This document shows, piece by piece, positions 22,461 through 34,609 of a stretch of DNA of 53,837 nt; within the stretch, counting starts at the first letter, position 1, and each line of letters begins with the position of its first letter. Both the position numbers and the translations under genes were made by a program. The notes under the pieces were generated by a model. That model did no database searches. It saw nothing but the letters and a program-made list of their open reading frames with translations, and was not told where the DNA came from. This DNA comes from Vicugna vicugna (taxonomy: Eukaryota), in assembly GCA_013265495.1 (NCBI GenBank), contig MU058423.1, positions 5,130,793-5,184,629 on the forward strand. Direction: 5' to 3'.

Positions 22461-24739
22461 AAAATTAAATAACTGGATCTGCACCTAGCAGAGTGGTTGC
22501 TGGAGGTATCTGGCATAGTTACCAAGAGGTCTTACAATGTGGATCATTAACTCAGCCTATGTTTTACCACATCTTGGATATCTGTTACCTTAGATTACTT
22601 AACTTAGCCCATGGCCTGCCTTTCAGCTTAGGAAACTCGATAATTACTGTCTTTCTGAAACAGACTTACATTAAGTGTCCCCAGGAGACTGATGTATTAA
22701 ACCTTAAATTGTATGCATTTATGTTTAGTCTTAAATGAATTTGTCACATGGGTGAAAATACTGATTTTAGTCAGTGTGGAAATCCAACTAATGAACAGAA
22801 AATTTGGGAGAGAGAATATTATCAGGACAAGGTAAATTAAATAAGGCAGTTAACCTTATGAATAATTTCACTTTGGTGTGGTCTAATCAAGTTGAGAAAA
22901 ACTCACAATGCCCACATCTCTTAATAGGTCTTCACAACACAGAGAACCATACCGTTAGCACTGAGCCTCTAAGTCTTCGTCCCCTCTGTCAGTGTTAGCG
23001 CTCTTCCCCACCAGGGCTTGGTTGGGAACTTTTGACTTTAACTGCGTTTACTTTACTTCTTCTATGGATCCAAGCCTGATCAACTCACCCCTACCCTCCA
23101 GCCTTTTTTCTTTAGTTACATAAATTCAACAAGGATAGTCAATTCTTATAAACCGGGGAGTTAGTTCCTTAGGGTTACTTTGCTTGGATGTTAATGTATT
23201 ATTTTTAAACTTAAACTTTTACAGGATGTTCTTAGAGTCACACTTCCATTTTTTTTTTGAGAGAAGCCTTAGTTAATTCTCCAAGTACCGACAAAAGGCC
23301 TTAAAAAAAAAGTATATACACAGAAAATTTAACATGTCTCTGCAAGCGCTGAGTCCACAGAATAAATGTATGAGATCTGAAAAGCATTCGAAGGTATCAG
23401 TTGGCCCAACTCATTGTCTTGACTTTCACAGAGTCCTCCTTTACTTACGAAATATTTTCAGACTGAGGGGCCTTTTAATAGTTATCCTCCGGATTCTGGT
23501 TTCTGATACATGATGTGGACAAATGATCAGAAACTGTCTTTCAGGACTTCCATAAAAATTTGAAACAAAACAAAACAAAGTAAAATAGAATTTGTTTTAA
23601 AGTGTCTTGATTTTTCCTCTTTTTTTTTCTCCTCTTTTAATAGCTATTGGGCATTATTTATGGTAGAAGCCTAAGTCTAATGAAAATTAGTCTTCAGGAG
23701 GAATCCAAGCATGTCAGATTATCATTCACTGAACTTACAACTTCTTAATAAGAGCAAGTTCTTAAAAGCCAGGGTTGTTTTTTTGCTATTTTTCTGTTCC
23801 ATTATACCTAGTGCATTTAATAAATAATTATCATACTTTGAAAAATAATATCATTTTTTAAAATAAAAAATAAACATTGTGATCCTTTATTAAGAAAAAT
23901 TATTAGATTCATCATCTCTTGGGTTATGTTACATTTCCATATTCTATTTTTTATGAAAGAATATTATGTTAGCAAAGTTTAACACTTTGGCTTCTTGGCC
24001 TGTCAATTTTGAAATTGTTTCCTATCCCGTCAGTGTTTTGTTTCCAAGTTATTTTACTGCAGCAGGCAGGACATCTAACTGAATACCTTGCTTCACCGAA
24101 GCAGCCTGGACTTTAATTCTGTAACAGTCATGTTACATTACCATCTTTCAGGAGGCCTGTCACTAGGCCATGGCAGTAGGAGAGAGGAGCAGGAAAGGAG
24201 CATTAATGAAGGCAGTTGCATTCTGGTGATTTCCCAAGAGAAGACAAACACCAATCTATCGAAGGACTGTGGCTGCCAGCAGGTAAAATCAGGACACTGC
24301 CTTTATTTCCAGCACATTAGGGATGTTTCAGTTCTGCCTCCCTCAGCTCGAAGGAGAACATGCTGACAGACCTTGACCTTTTATCAGTGGAATTCGGGAA
24401 TCTGGAGGTTATTTTAGGATGACCTGGCAACAAATTCACAAGTCTTACAATCTGTAAGAATTAAGTAGGTGGCCTCCTCATTTAGGGAATGTGGTAATCT
24501 ATTCTTTTCTGTTGTTATTTCACAAAAATAATATGTAAGATACAGTATTTGTTAGTTTTGTTTTTTCTTTTTGTTTATTAAATGGAGATGATTACTCTTA
24601 CTTCAGAAGGAAGTTTTCCTGTCTTCCAGGTGTTCATTGGCCATTTTACAATAGGTAAGAAATGTATAAATATCATCTATAACCTCAAAATGCAAACTGG
24701 CTTTCTCTTATTTGTGCAATTAGCAATGGAGGCTTATCG

Positions 24740-25022
24740 CTCTCCAGCTGGCTTCTTGTCCTGTTGTTCACCAGGTAGTGTCCTTCCCTCCACTCACACT
24801 GACACTGTCTCTGCATCCATCCTGTGCTTTTCACACCTGCATGAGTTCACCCACGCTGCTCCTCTGCCTGCAACATTCTCATCCATCTCTGTCCGTTCAA
24901 CTTCTCCCGGAATCCTTCTGAAAATTCTAGAGTTACCTTAATGGTCTTTTTGTCTCCAAGGCATAGCGTACCTGCTGAAATGCAGTAGGCTCTTGTTAAT
25001 TATTTAAATAAATGCATGAATG
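24740..25022 (+). mobile_element. L2 3' fragment
   Basis: cacgctgctcctctgcctgcaacattctc...gcagtaggctcttgttaattatttaaataaatgcatgaa. Confidence 0.7.
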
Positions 25023-25549
25023 GGGGTTGGGTATTTAATGTTTCCTAAAGAAGAGAATAATTTTTATAACTTTTTCTCCTTAAAGGGGGTCTCTTTCATA
25101 ATTTTAATGGTTGTTTCCTACACTAGAAGTTCACTAAAGAAAAGACCTACATATTTTTATTTCCATATAAATAATGTGCCCTCTAAATTTTAGAGAGATT
25201 TACCTCCACTATTTAAATCTTCAATTATATAAAATATTTAAATAAGGGTAATGTTATATACCACTTATTTATTATGGATTTTACCAATTTTACACTGTTT
25301 ATTCACTGCCTCATGTCCTCAGTTCCATCTTTTCATCACGACCTGAAATCCCTTGTATCTTTTATCCAATTACCTTTTTGGAAAAAAAGCCCATGAGCTA
25401 AATCAAAATCTGCTAACTCAGTCCTATCCAACTGGCCTATAAATCCATGATTTGATCTATTTGATCAATAATTTTACTCTTTTTTTCTCTATTTCTCTAC
25501 CTCCTCTATCTCTATCTCCTCTCTATCTTCCTCTCTTTCTACCTCTCCC

Positions 25550-25925
25550 TGCTGAATGATTTCCCTTGAGCATAGAAATATGCTATCCCTTCCATCTCTG
25601 TAAGTATTTTTTCCCACTCTAAATTCTCTCCTGCTGTTAATTAATTTCTCTTTTCCTCTTTAGAGCAAGAAGTCTTCAGAAGTTGTCTATGTTCACAAAT
25701 ACCTTTTCTTTACACTCTCTTCAACCTTCTTTGGTCAGTATTTTCCCCACACCACTAAACTGCTCTAGTCAAGTCACCAGTGACCTCCATTCTGGTAATT
25801 ACAGAGGCTAATTCTCAGTGCTCAGCTCAGTGTTCATTGTAACTAATCATCGGCAAAATTTTACTTACTTGGTTGTTAACTTCTCATTAAAATAATCTCT
25901 TCATTTGACTTTTGAAAACACCACA
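25550..25925 (+). mobile_element. L2 ORF2 fragment
   Basis: caccactaaactgctctagtcaagtcaccagtgacctccatt matches the L2 reverse transcriptase HSTETAL.KV..DL region. Confidence 0.8.
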
Positions 25926-26727
25926 ATTTGGGTTTCCAAGAGGGATGTGTTTGCCCAGGTGCAGTGAGAAAGGTTATGCACAGGCTGTAGAGAAGTTAAA
26001 AATAATAACACAACTTTCTAAAATGTTCTGTTTTTACTGTTACGATTCACCAGCAGTACTCTTTCCTGACGAGAAGGTATTCTGTTATGCTGATGTTTAA
26101 GAATTGCTATAATACAGTTACTGTAGAATTTTAATAATTTATATTTAATCTTCAAGTTAGCACCTTTTCTTCCTTTGTTCCTTTGTGTGAACAGACTAAG
26201 TTACAAGCCTTCCTTCTCAGAGTAAGCTTGTGATGAGTCAGAATTGTTTAAGCTCTTTCCAGGTCTGTACCTCTAACCCTAGTGGATCCTGAATTTAAAT
26301 AATGGATTCAAATAAGAGTGATGTATCAGTGACTGAAAAGGTGAAGAAATAGGTCATCGGTTACTTCAATTCTGTTTTTCTATATGACACTGGGATTTTT
26401 AATTTGTGTATAGAATTTAAAATAATGAAATAGTTAGGGAACTTCAATGTGTAATGCTTTGGCTTACTATATGTGACTCATATGGGAAACAGTCTATTGA
26501 ACTTGACTCTTTAAAACTGGAATTAACTGGACTTTAGTCATCTTTTAATTGTTATTTGTTTGCTTTAAAAATAGAGAATGAATTAAGAAAACTGTAATAT
26601 TATTTTAAATTATTGTGACAGACCAAGGTGTCTTCCCTTTTTTCAAAGAATGTTGTTAAAAATTACTTATCCATTTCATTAATTGCAGTATAAAGTTATT
26701 TTTATGTTTTACTTCTTACTGAAACTG

Positions 26728-26868
26728 ACTACTTACACAACAGAAATTTAGTAACTCTAGAACTCCAAAATCAAGATGTCAGCAGGGTTGGTTCCTTCAG
26801 AGGGCTGTGAGGAAAAGATCTGTTCAGGGCCTCTCCTCTTAGCTTGTATGTGGTTGTCCTCTCCCTGG
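26728..26868 (-). mobile_element. MaLR LTR fragment (MLT1A/B-like)
   Basis: caacagaaattt...tccaaaatcaagatgtcagcagggttggttccttcagagggctgtgagg. Confidence 0.8.
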
Positions 26869-26874
26869 AGGACA

Positions 26875-28272
26875 TGTCATGTCATCTGCATACAAAGACA
26901 GCTTTATGTCTTCCTTCCTGATTTGCATATACCATTTATGTGATTTTCTTGCCTTACTGCATTAGCAAGGACTTTCAGTACAATGTTGAAAAAAAGTGGT
27001 GAGAGGGGATGTCTTTGCCTTGTACCTCATCTTAGTAGGAAAGCCTCAGGTTTCTCATTATTACATCTGATGTTGATCGTAGGTTTCTTGTAGGTGGTCT
27101 TTACCAAGTTAAAAAAGTTCTCCATTCCTAGTTTCCCAGGTTTTTATCATAAGTGGGTATTAGATTTTGTCAAATGCTTTTTATATACTTATATAGTATC
27201 ATGAGAATTTTTTCCCTTTTAGTCTCCTGATGTAATGGATTTTTTAAATGTTGAGCCAACCTTATATACTTGAGATAAGTCCCACTGGGTCATGGTGCAT
27301 AATTCTTTCCATACATTTTTAGATTCAATTTATTAATATTTTGTTGAGGATTTTTACATTTATGTTCATGAGGAATATTAGTCTGTAGTTTTCTTGTAAT
27401 ATCTTTGTCTGGTTTTGGTTTTACTGTAATGCTAGCAGCTTTACAGAATGAGTTAGAAAGTATTCCTTCTGCTTTTCTCCCCTGAAATTGTAAAGAACTG
27501 ATATAGTGTCTTCTTCAAATATTTGGTTAGAATCAGCAGTGAACTTATTTGGGCCTGGTGCTTTCTCTTTTGGAAGGTTATTAATTATTAATTATTTTTT
27601 AAAAAATAGATAAAGGCCTATTCAGATTATCTATTTCTTCTTGAGTGAGTTGAGTGAGTGAGTAGCACGTGTCTTTCAAGGAACTGGTTTGTTTCATTTA
27701 GGTTATCAAGTTTGTGGGCATGGATTTGTTCACAGTATTCCTTGATTGTCCTTTTAATTTCCATGGGATCTATAATGATGTTTTCATCATTACACTTTCA
27801 CTTCTCATATTAGTAATTTGTGTTCTCTGTTTTTCTTAGTTAGCCTGTTTAAAGTCTTATTGATTTTATTAAACTTTTCCAGAGAATTAGCTTTTGTTGA
27901 TTTTCTCTACTGATCTCTTGTTTCAAATTTCATTAATTTTTGCTCTAATTATTTCTTTTCTTCTGCTTACTTTGGGTTTAATTTGTTCCTCTTTTTCTAA
28001 CTTCCTAAAGTAGAAACTTAGATTCTTGATCTGAGCTATTTTCTAGCCCAGGTCAGTCAGGCTTTACTCATATCCCAGTAGGTTAGGCTCTGATTAACTA
28101 GTTCCTCGTGAGGGCAGACCTTGTTAAGAACCATGTGCTCTGGCTTCTTTCAGAATGGTTCCTTTTCTTCCCCCTACTGGAAGCCTAAGGAGATTTTCCT
28201 TTGGTATTTACTATGGGAACCTGATCAAACTCTTAGAGATAGATTTCAAAATATTGTAGGGGTTCCCCTAGG
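26875..28272 (-). mobile_element. L1 ORF2 (RT) segment in inverted orientation, plus a probable L1 5'-region piece at ~28046-28272
   Basis: Minus strand reads ttg tat gca gat gac atg (LYADDM, RT catalytic motif) at ~26878-26898, with typical antisense ORF2 to ~28045. Identity of 28046-28272 is less certain. Confidence 0.85.
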
Positions 28273-30419
28273 ACTCCTGGAACTAATAAGTGATTATGCC
28301 AAGGTTACAGAATAAAAGGTAATTGCTTCCCTGTATACCAACAATGAACAAGTGGATTTGAAATTAAAAACACAATATTATTTATATTAGTATCCTCCAA
28401 AGTGAAATAATTAGGTACAAATCTAACAAAATATGTGCAAGATCTATATGAGGAAAACTACAAAATTCTGATGTACAAAATCAAGTGAGAACTAAATAAT
28501 AATAACTAAAAAAATAAATAAGGGGGAGGGTACAGCTCAGTGGTAGAGTATGTGCCCAGCATGCATGAGGTCCTGGATTCAATTCCCAGTACCTCTGTTA
28601 AAAAAAATACATAAATAAAGCTAATTACCTCCCCCTGTTAAAACAAAGCAAAAAAATAACTAAATAAAGAGCTTTCCATGTTCATGAATAGGAAGATCCA
28701 GTATTGTCAAGCTGTCAGCTCTTCCTAACTTGACTACTGATTTAATGCAATCCTAATCAAAATTCCAAATTATTTTATGGATATGGGCAAACCTATTCTA
28801 ACGTTTATATGGAGAGACAAAAGACCCAGAACAGCCAACATGACATTGAGGAAAGAACAAAGTTGGTGGACTGACACTACCTGTCTCAAAGAATTACTGT
28901 GAAGCTACAATAATTAAGACACTGTGGTATTGCTGAGAAAACAGACAAATAGATCAATGGAACAGTGTAAAGAACCCAGAAACAGACTCCCATAAATATA
29001 GTCAATTGATCTTTGGCAAAGGACCAAAGACAATGTAATGGAGCAAAGACTATCTCTTCAACAAATAATGCTGGAACAGTGGTACATCCACCTGCAAAAA
29101 CATGACTCTAGAAATAGACCTAACAATCTTCACAAAAATTAACTCAGAATGGATTATAGACATAAATGTAAAATGCAAAACTATGAAACTTTTAGAGGAC
29201 AACATATGAGAAAAATCTACATGACCATGCATATGGTGATAGCTTTTTAGATATAACACCAAAGGCACAATCCATGAAAGAAATAATTAATAAGCTGGGC
29301 TTCATTAAAATTTAAAACTTCTGTCAAAGACCATGTCAAGAGAAGCTGAAGATGAGCCACAGACTGAGAGAAAATATTTGCAAAAGACACCACTGATCAA
29401 AGATTGTTACTGAAAATGTACAAAGAACTCAAAACTCACAATAATAGAACAAACAACTCCATTTAAAAATGGGCCAAAGACCTTTAACAAACACCTCATC
29501 AAAAAAGATGTACAGGTGGCAATTAAGCATGTGAAGAGATGGTCCACATCATACGTCACCAAGGAAATGCAAATTAGAACAATAAAGAAGTACCATTCCA
29601 CACCTATCGGAATGGCCAGAACCCAGAATATTGACAACATAAAATACTAGGATGGATGTAGGGCAAAGGAACTTTCATTCATTGCTGCTGGGAATGCAAA
29701 ATGTTACCTGGGAAGACAGTTTGGCAGTTTGTTACAAAACTAAACATACCCTTACCGTATGATTCAGCAATCATACTCCTTGGTATTTACCCAAAAGATG
29801 TGCAAACTTGTGTCTACAGAAAAACCTGCACACAGACGTTTATAGTAGCTTTATCCATAATCTCCAAACTTTGGAAGCAACCAAGATATCCTTCAGTAGA
29901 TGAATGGATAAATACATTGTGCATATCCAGACAATGGGATGTTATTCGGTGCTAAAAAATAAATCAGTTATCAAGTCGCAAACAGATATGGGGGAACCTT
30001 AAATAAATACTATTAAGTGAAAGAAACCAATCTGAGACAGTTACATATGTTGATTCCAACTACATAACATTTTGGAAAAAGCAAAACTATGGAGTCAATA
30101 AAAAGGTTAGTGGTTGCCAGGGATGGGGGAATGGGGGAGAGATGACTGGGCACAGCATGGATTTTTAGGTCAGTGAAAATACTCTGTATGATACCACAAT
30201 GATGAATGTATATGATTATACATTTTTCCAAACCTATAGAATGTAAAAAAATCAACTCTCAAGTAAACTATGGACTATGGGTGATATGTCAGTGTAGGTT
30301 CATGGATGTAACAAATGTACCATTATGAGGAGGCTATGCATATATGGGGGGATATGAAAAATCTCTCATTTTTGTTGTAAATCAAAACTTCTCTAAAAAA
30401 TTAAAGTCTTAAAATAAAA
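28273..30419 (+). mobile_element. L1MC1/2-like ORF2 3' half and 3' UTR
   Basis: Starts at LLELIS; gatcaatggaacag, ORF 29701-29955 KTVWQF..KLNI.LPYD.AI.LLGIYP..WKQPRYPS..EWI; 3' end tctaaaaaattaaagtct. Confidence 0.92.
28522..28655 (+). mobile_element. Camelid-type tRNA-derived SINE (Vic-1-like) inserted in the L1MC
   Basis: ggggagggtacagctcagtggtagag (A box), ggattcaattccc (B box), tail ctaattacctccccc plus A-rich run; aataactaaa on both flanks as a probable TSD. Confidence 0.9.
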
Positions 30420-30529
30420 TTGTCCACTCTGGGTGTCAAATATGCCAGGTATGCTATTACATAGTAATCTCCTTATTTTGGACTTAACCCACTAGTCACA
30501 CCTCAAGCTCATGTTTTTTGACTATTAAA

Positions 30530-31245
30530 TGACTGACTGTCAAGACCACGATTGAAGTCACTATCATCTCCTGCTTGAATATTTCATCAGACTCATACAA
30601 CTTGCCTCCTTTCTCACACTCTTACCCTTTTGGCCTCATCTCTACAAAGGTACCAGAGTAATAATGTAAAATATTAGATACACAGGAAGTTTCTTTCTTA
30701 AAACACTCTAATGGTTTCCCATTTCTCTTAGTGTAGAAGCCACTGTCCACTTGCAATGGCCTATAGGGTCCTGGATGTCTCGTCCTCACTGCTTTCCTCT
30801 CACTTCTTAATTACCCTCACTGTCACCCTGTTTTATGTCTATGTCTAGCTTTGCTTATCCTGAAAATATCAGTTACATCCTCTCCTTAGGAATTTTCCCC
30901 CTGGCATTTAATGTTTTACAAAAACTTTTTCTCCTGGTATCCAGTTTCCTCCCTCTCCCATGTTTTTAATAAGAGTTCCATGACCAGTCTATTTAAAAGA
31001 GTAATATTCTTTCCCAACCCTGTTGCTACCATGGTGCCCTGTTTTATTATTATACTAAGTTTTATATAGTACTGATTTACTGTATAGTTTATCTATATAT
31101 TTACCTGTTCTTTCTCCACAACAGCTTTGCTAACCTCCAGTGAATACTTCGTCTGTTTTTCATTAAAAAAAAAAAATTCCTTTATCTGCAAGGGTTTATC
31201 TGGCATATTGTAAGTGCTCAATAAATATCACTGGATGAATTGAAA
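30530..31245 (+). mobile_element. L2a-like 3' region
   Basis: aagtcactatcatctcctgcttgaa, cttaaaacactctaatggtttcccatt, ctggcatattgtaagtgctcaataaatat...gatgaattgaa. Confidence 0.85.
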
Positions 31246-31314
31246 AAAAAATGTGAATTTAGAAACAAACATCAAAATTTTAAATAGATCTCTGTTTGTC
31301 ACACACAAAAATGG

Positions 31315-31689
31315 CAGGGGTTCTAATTTAGTTAATACCAGCTGCTGTAATAGACACATACCTGAGCTGTCAGTAGCTAAACTAGGCTTAAATAATAGTT
31401 TGGAACATGTGTTCTAGGTCAGCAGTTCTTCTCTAAATGATGATTCAAGGATTCTGACTCCTTCCACAGTGTGAATCAACCATTTTCACATGCAGTTTCC
31501 AAGATTATCCTGGGAATTGTGCTCATTCTGGGTACATTCTGTGTACATTTTAAAGGGCTAAACCTTAACTTGGTTTACAACACTTCCATTCATATTCGTG
31601 AGCTAGCATTCTATCTGATGGCCACATGAGCTATATGTCCAGTTAGAAGAGGAGATGGGTTTGATAAAGAAGTAACATTCTCTGACACA
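31315..31689 (-). mobile_element. MaLR solo LTR (MLT1J-like)
   Basis: cagctgctgtaata...gattcaaggattctgactccttcca...cacttccattcatattc...tctctgacaca. Confidence 0.75.
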
Positions 31690-32446
31690 GCAAATAATGA
31701 AAAGGACAAAATAACACAGGGTGTCTGCTTAAATTTGAATGTCTAACAACACCCATTACATTTCAGCATACTATGTAGCCATAATTACATAACTGTCTTA
31801 GAGGATTTTTTCTAATTATTGATGTTTAAAAATACACAATTTTGGCTTTTTTTTGCTATTTCCATGCAAAATTCAAGAACATGTTTAGTAGAAATCTGAC
31901 CCAACCAAATATTTGAATTGTTGCATTTGGTATTGCTTTATGTATACCTGCAAGTGGAATTTTGAAACTAAGGTACTCTTATGTTCTTACAGATGTTCCT
32001 GCCAATCTGAGTATCTAGTTTTGTAAACTCCACTTTCAAAAGCTAAGATTTACCCTCAAGTGCACAACTGGCACTCACAGAACTTCTAATGAAAACATAT
32101 ATTAAAACTAAGGAATGAAGCAGAATTAAAAGGTTCTTTGGTTCAACCTAGGGCAAGGCAAGGATGTTCTTTGAGTTTCTAAGTATTTTAAATTTAGACA
32201 CTCTATGTCTGCATTTCACAAATTATATTCCACAGAGCAGTAGTTACGTGATGTGATCAATGTGGGAAACGTTTTGCACCATTAACAAATTGTTTTAGAA
32301 ATATTTAGGCAATGGTTTCACTCTAGGAATGTCAAAATAAGGGTTGATACAGTGAAGTCATTGAGATATCCTTCAGTTCTGTTTAGCTGTGTATGAAAGT
32401 ATGTTACTGTTTTTGACCATAAAACTATTTTCTCATCAATATCTAT

Positions 32447-32843
32447 TGTATTAAGGGCTGCCGTAACATAACTGGATGTCTTAGAGCAACGAAAATGTAT
32501 TATCTTATAGTTCTGTAGGCTGGAACTCTTAAATTAAGATATTGGTAGGGACATGCTTCCTCTGAAACCTGTAGAGAAAAGATATTTTCATTTTCTAGCC
32601 TCTTCCAGCTTTTAGTAGCCCCAGATATTCTGTGGTTTGAGGCTGCATAATTCCCTCTGTCTCCAGCTTCACATGTTCAAATGACCCCTTTTTGTTTTAC
32701 TGCAGAATGGCCTAGCGTAATGCCCTCATTTTAGCTTGATTACTTCTATCAGGACCCTGTTTCCAAACAGGGTCACATTGAGGTACTGAGGGGTTAGGAT
32801 TTCAGCATGTACTTGGAGGGGGTGCACAGTCCAACTCATCATG
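32447..32843 (-). mobile_element. MaLR solo LTR (MLT1B-like)
   Basis: tgtatta.gggctgccgtaaca...catgcttcctctgaaacctgtag...ggtcacattgaggtactgaggggttaggatttcagcat. Confidence 0.88.
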
Positions 32844-33480
32844 CTTATTTATATATTTTCTGAGGAACACAATCTGTAATATATTATCGTACACAATTAC
32901 ATCTCTTCACTATTACAACAGGAATGTGAAGCCCAACAACAAAGCGGAGCAAGTACTGCTGTTAGGATTCAGGCAAAGACTTCTGTAAGCTGCCTTGGTT
33001 AGCAACTGTACCTCCGTGTTATAATGCTCCACCCATCTGTTTGAACCCTCATATTATAACATGGTCTATCTCTCTAGCAAAAGCTGCTTTCACAGACCAC
33101 CCCCTGTGGTATGCTACTGTACCTTCCAGATATAATGCTCTGTTTTTAGATTTGAATTATCTAGTGTAATGTGTACTGAAAATCCATTTATGGCAGATCT
33201 AACTGACTCCCATACAAAACAATTAACTTTCAAAGCCCAGTCATACAGCCAGATGTTACCCTTTGTGACCAAAACAGCCTACATCATCAACATATAATCA
33301 ACACCATCATCATCAGGACTTATTAATTTAATGATAATACAGTACTCAATGTTTAATGACAGCACTAAATTCCTGGCTGTGTTAAGGGGGAAAATACTCT
33401 AAAGTCTAGTATTCTTCTGATTTTTTACTTTAGACCTGTGTTTACTTGAAATCAATTTTAACCCTTAGTTTTAGGAGAAA

Positions 33481-33640
33481 TTTAAATTATATATATTTAC
33501 ATAGAAATGTATGTAACCCTATATATATATATTCTTATGTTAATACACATATACATATATTATGTTCTCATCTTGTTATTATTTTAATATGAACACATGT
33601 ATACTTATATATGTATATATACATATATTAATTTAAATAC
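33481..33640. repeat. TA-rich low-complexity tract
   Basis: Runs of (TA)n and TACA/TATG. Confidence 0.8.
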
Positions 33641-33714
33641 TTTAATCAAAACTGACCTGAAAAGTTGTAATATTTGGAACTGTCTTGGTATAGATGGAAG
33701 AAATTTTCACATAT

Positions 33715-34312
33715 TGAGGTATGGGTAAGCCACTCTGGCTTATACACGATTTAACTTAAACTTTAAGCTCACCCAAACAGCCTGTATGTAGCCTATTAAA
33801 CATGCATTGTACACCTGCTTTAACCATTAAATAAAATAATAGGTTTAAAAATCATAATGGGGTAACTGTAGTTCAGGCATTCAAAATGGAGCTGGATGGC
33901 CTCTGTGGATGCAGTTTAAGATATGCTCCTGTTCCTGTATTACTGAGAACTTGAATTTTCTAAACTGTAATAGACACCACCAGCCATTCATTCTTTAAAA
34001 AATCTGGTCTCAGCAGATACTTGTAACTATGCAAGCATTTCAGACTCCAACCAATCCTTGATTTAACAAGTACCCTTACTTCTTGCCAGCTCCAAACCTA
34101 ATTCTTGACAATTTATGTAATTTCTTGGGTTTTGCCTTTACAAGCTTCCCCATCTGCTCTGCTTTTTTGTGTGTGTGTATGTGTGCAGTCTACGGGAATA
34201 CAATTCAAGCACTTCTGGAATCTGTTTCCAGGCTATAGTCTTCAGTTTGACTCCCCCAAAACCTCTTTTCTATTCCTATTACAGATTAGTTTATTGATTA
34301 TTTCCATTGACA
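33715..34312 (+). mobile_element. Probable ERV1-class solo LTR (~600 bp)
   Basis: TG...CA termini (tgaggt...ttgaca), caaaatggag, aaccaat box, tctggaatctgtttccaggctatagtcttcagtttgactc typical of MER4-group/ERV1 LTR 3' ends. Confidence 0.65.
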
Positions 34313-34609
34313 GTACTAACTCTAAGACATACATATGTTAATGTGAAAAAATATATTTTTGTTTTAAAGTAATGTGTGATGTCAAAAAAAATTCTTGCAT
34401 TAAATACCACCCTGATTAATTGGACACATAAAAATAAACTAAAATTTTTAAATAGGAAATTTTTTTCTGCCACTTTTTGAATGCAATCATTTTGTGAATA
34501 AGTGTTGTGAGGTACATAGTTCTTTAAAAAAATCTACAAGACGCAGTTTGTTTTTCTGAGAAACTAGATTTCCTATATAAATAGAACAAAATAAAATGTG
34601 CATAAAGGA

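Noticed and set aside
28522..28595. tRNA gene
   Set aside because: A and B boxes are present, but the cloverleaf is degenerate and it has a SINE tail, an A-rich end and a probable TSD inside an L1.
29050..30255. Several 70-85-aa ORFs on both strands
   Set aside because: They are sense and antisense translations of decayed L1MC sequence.
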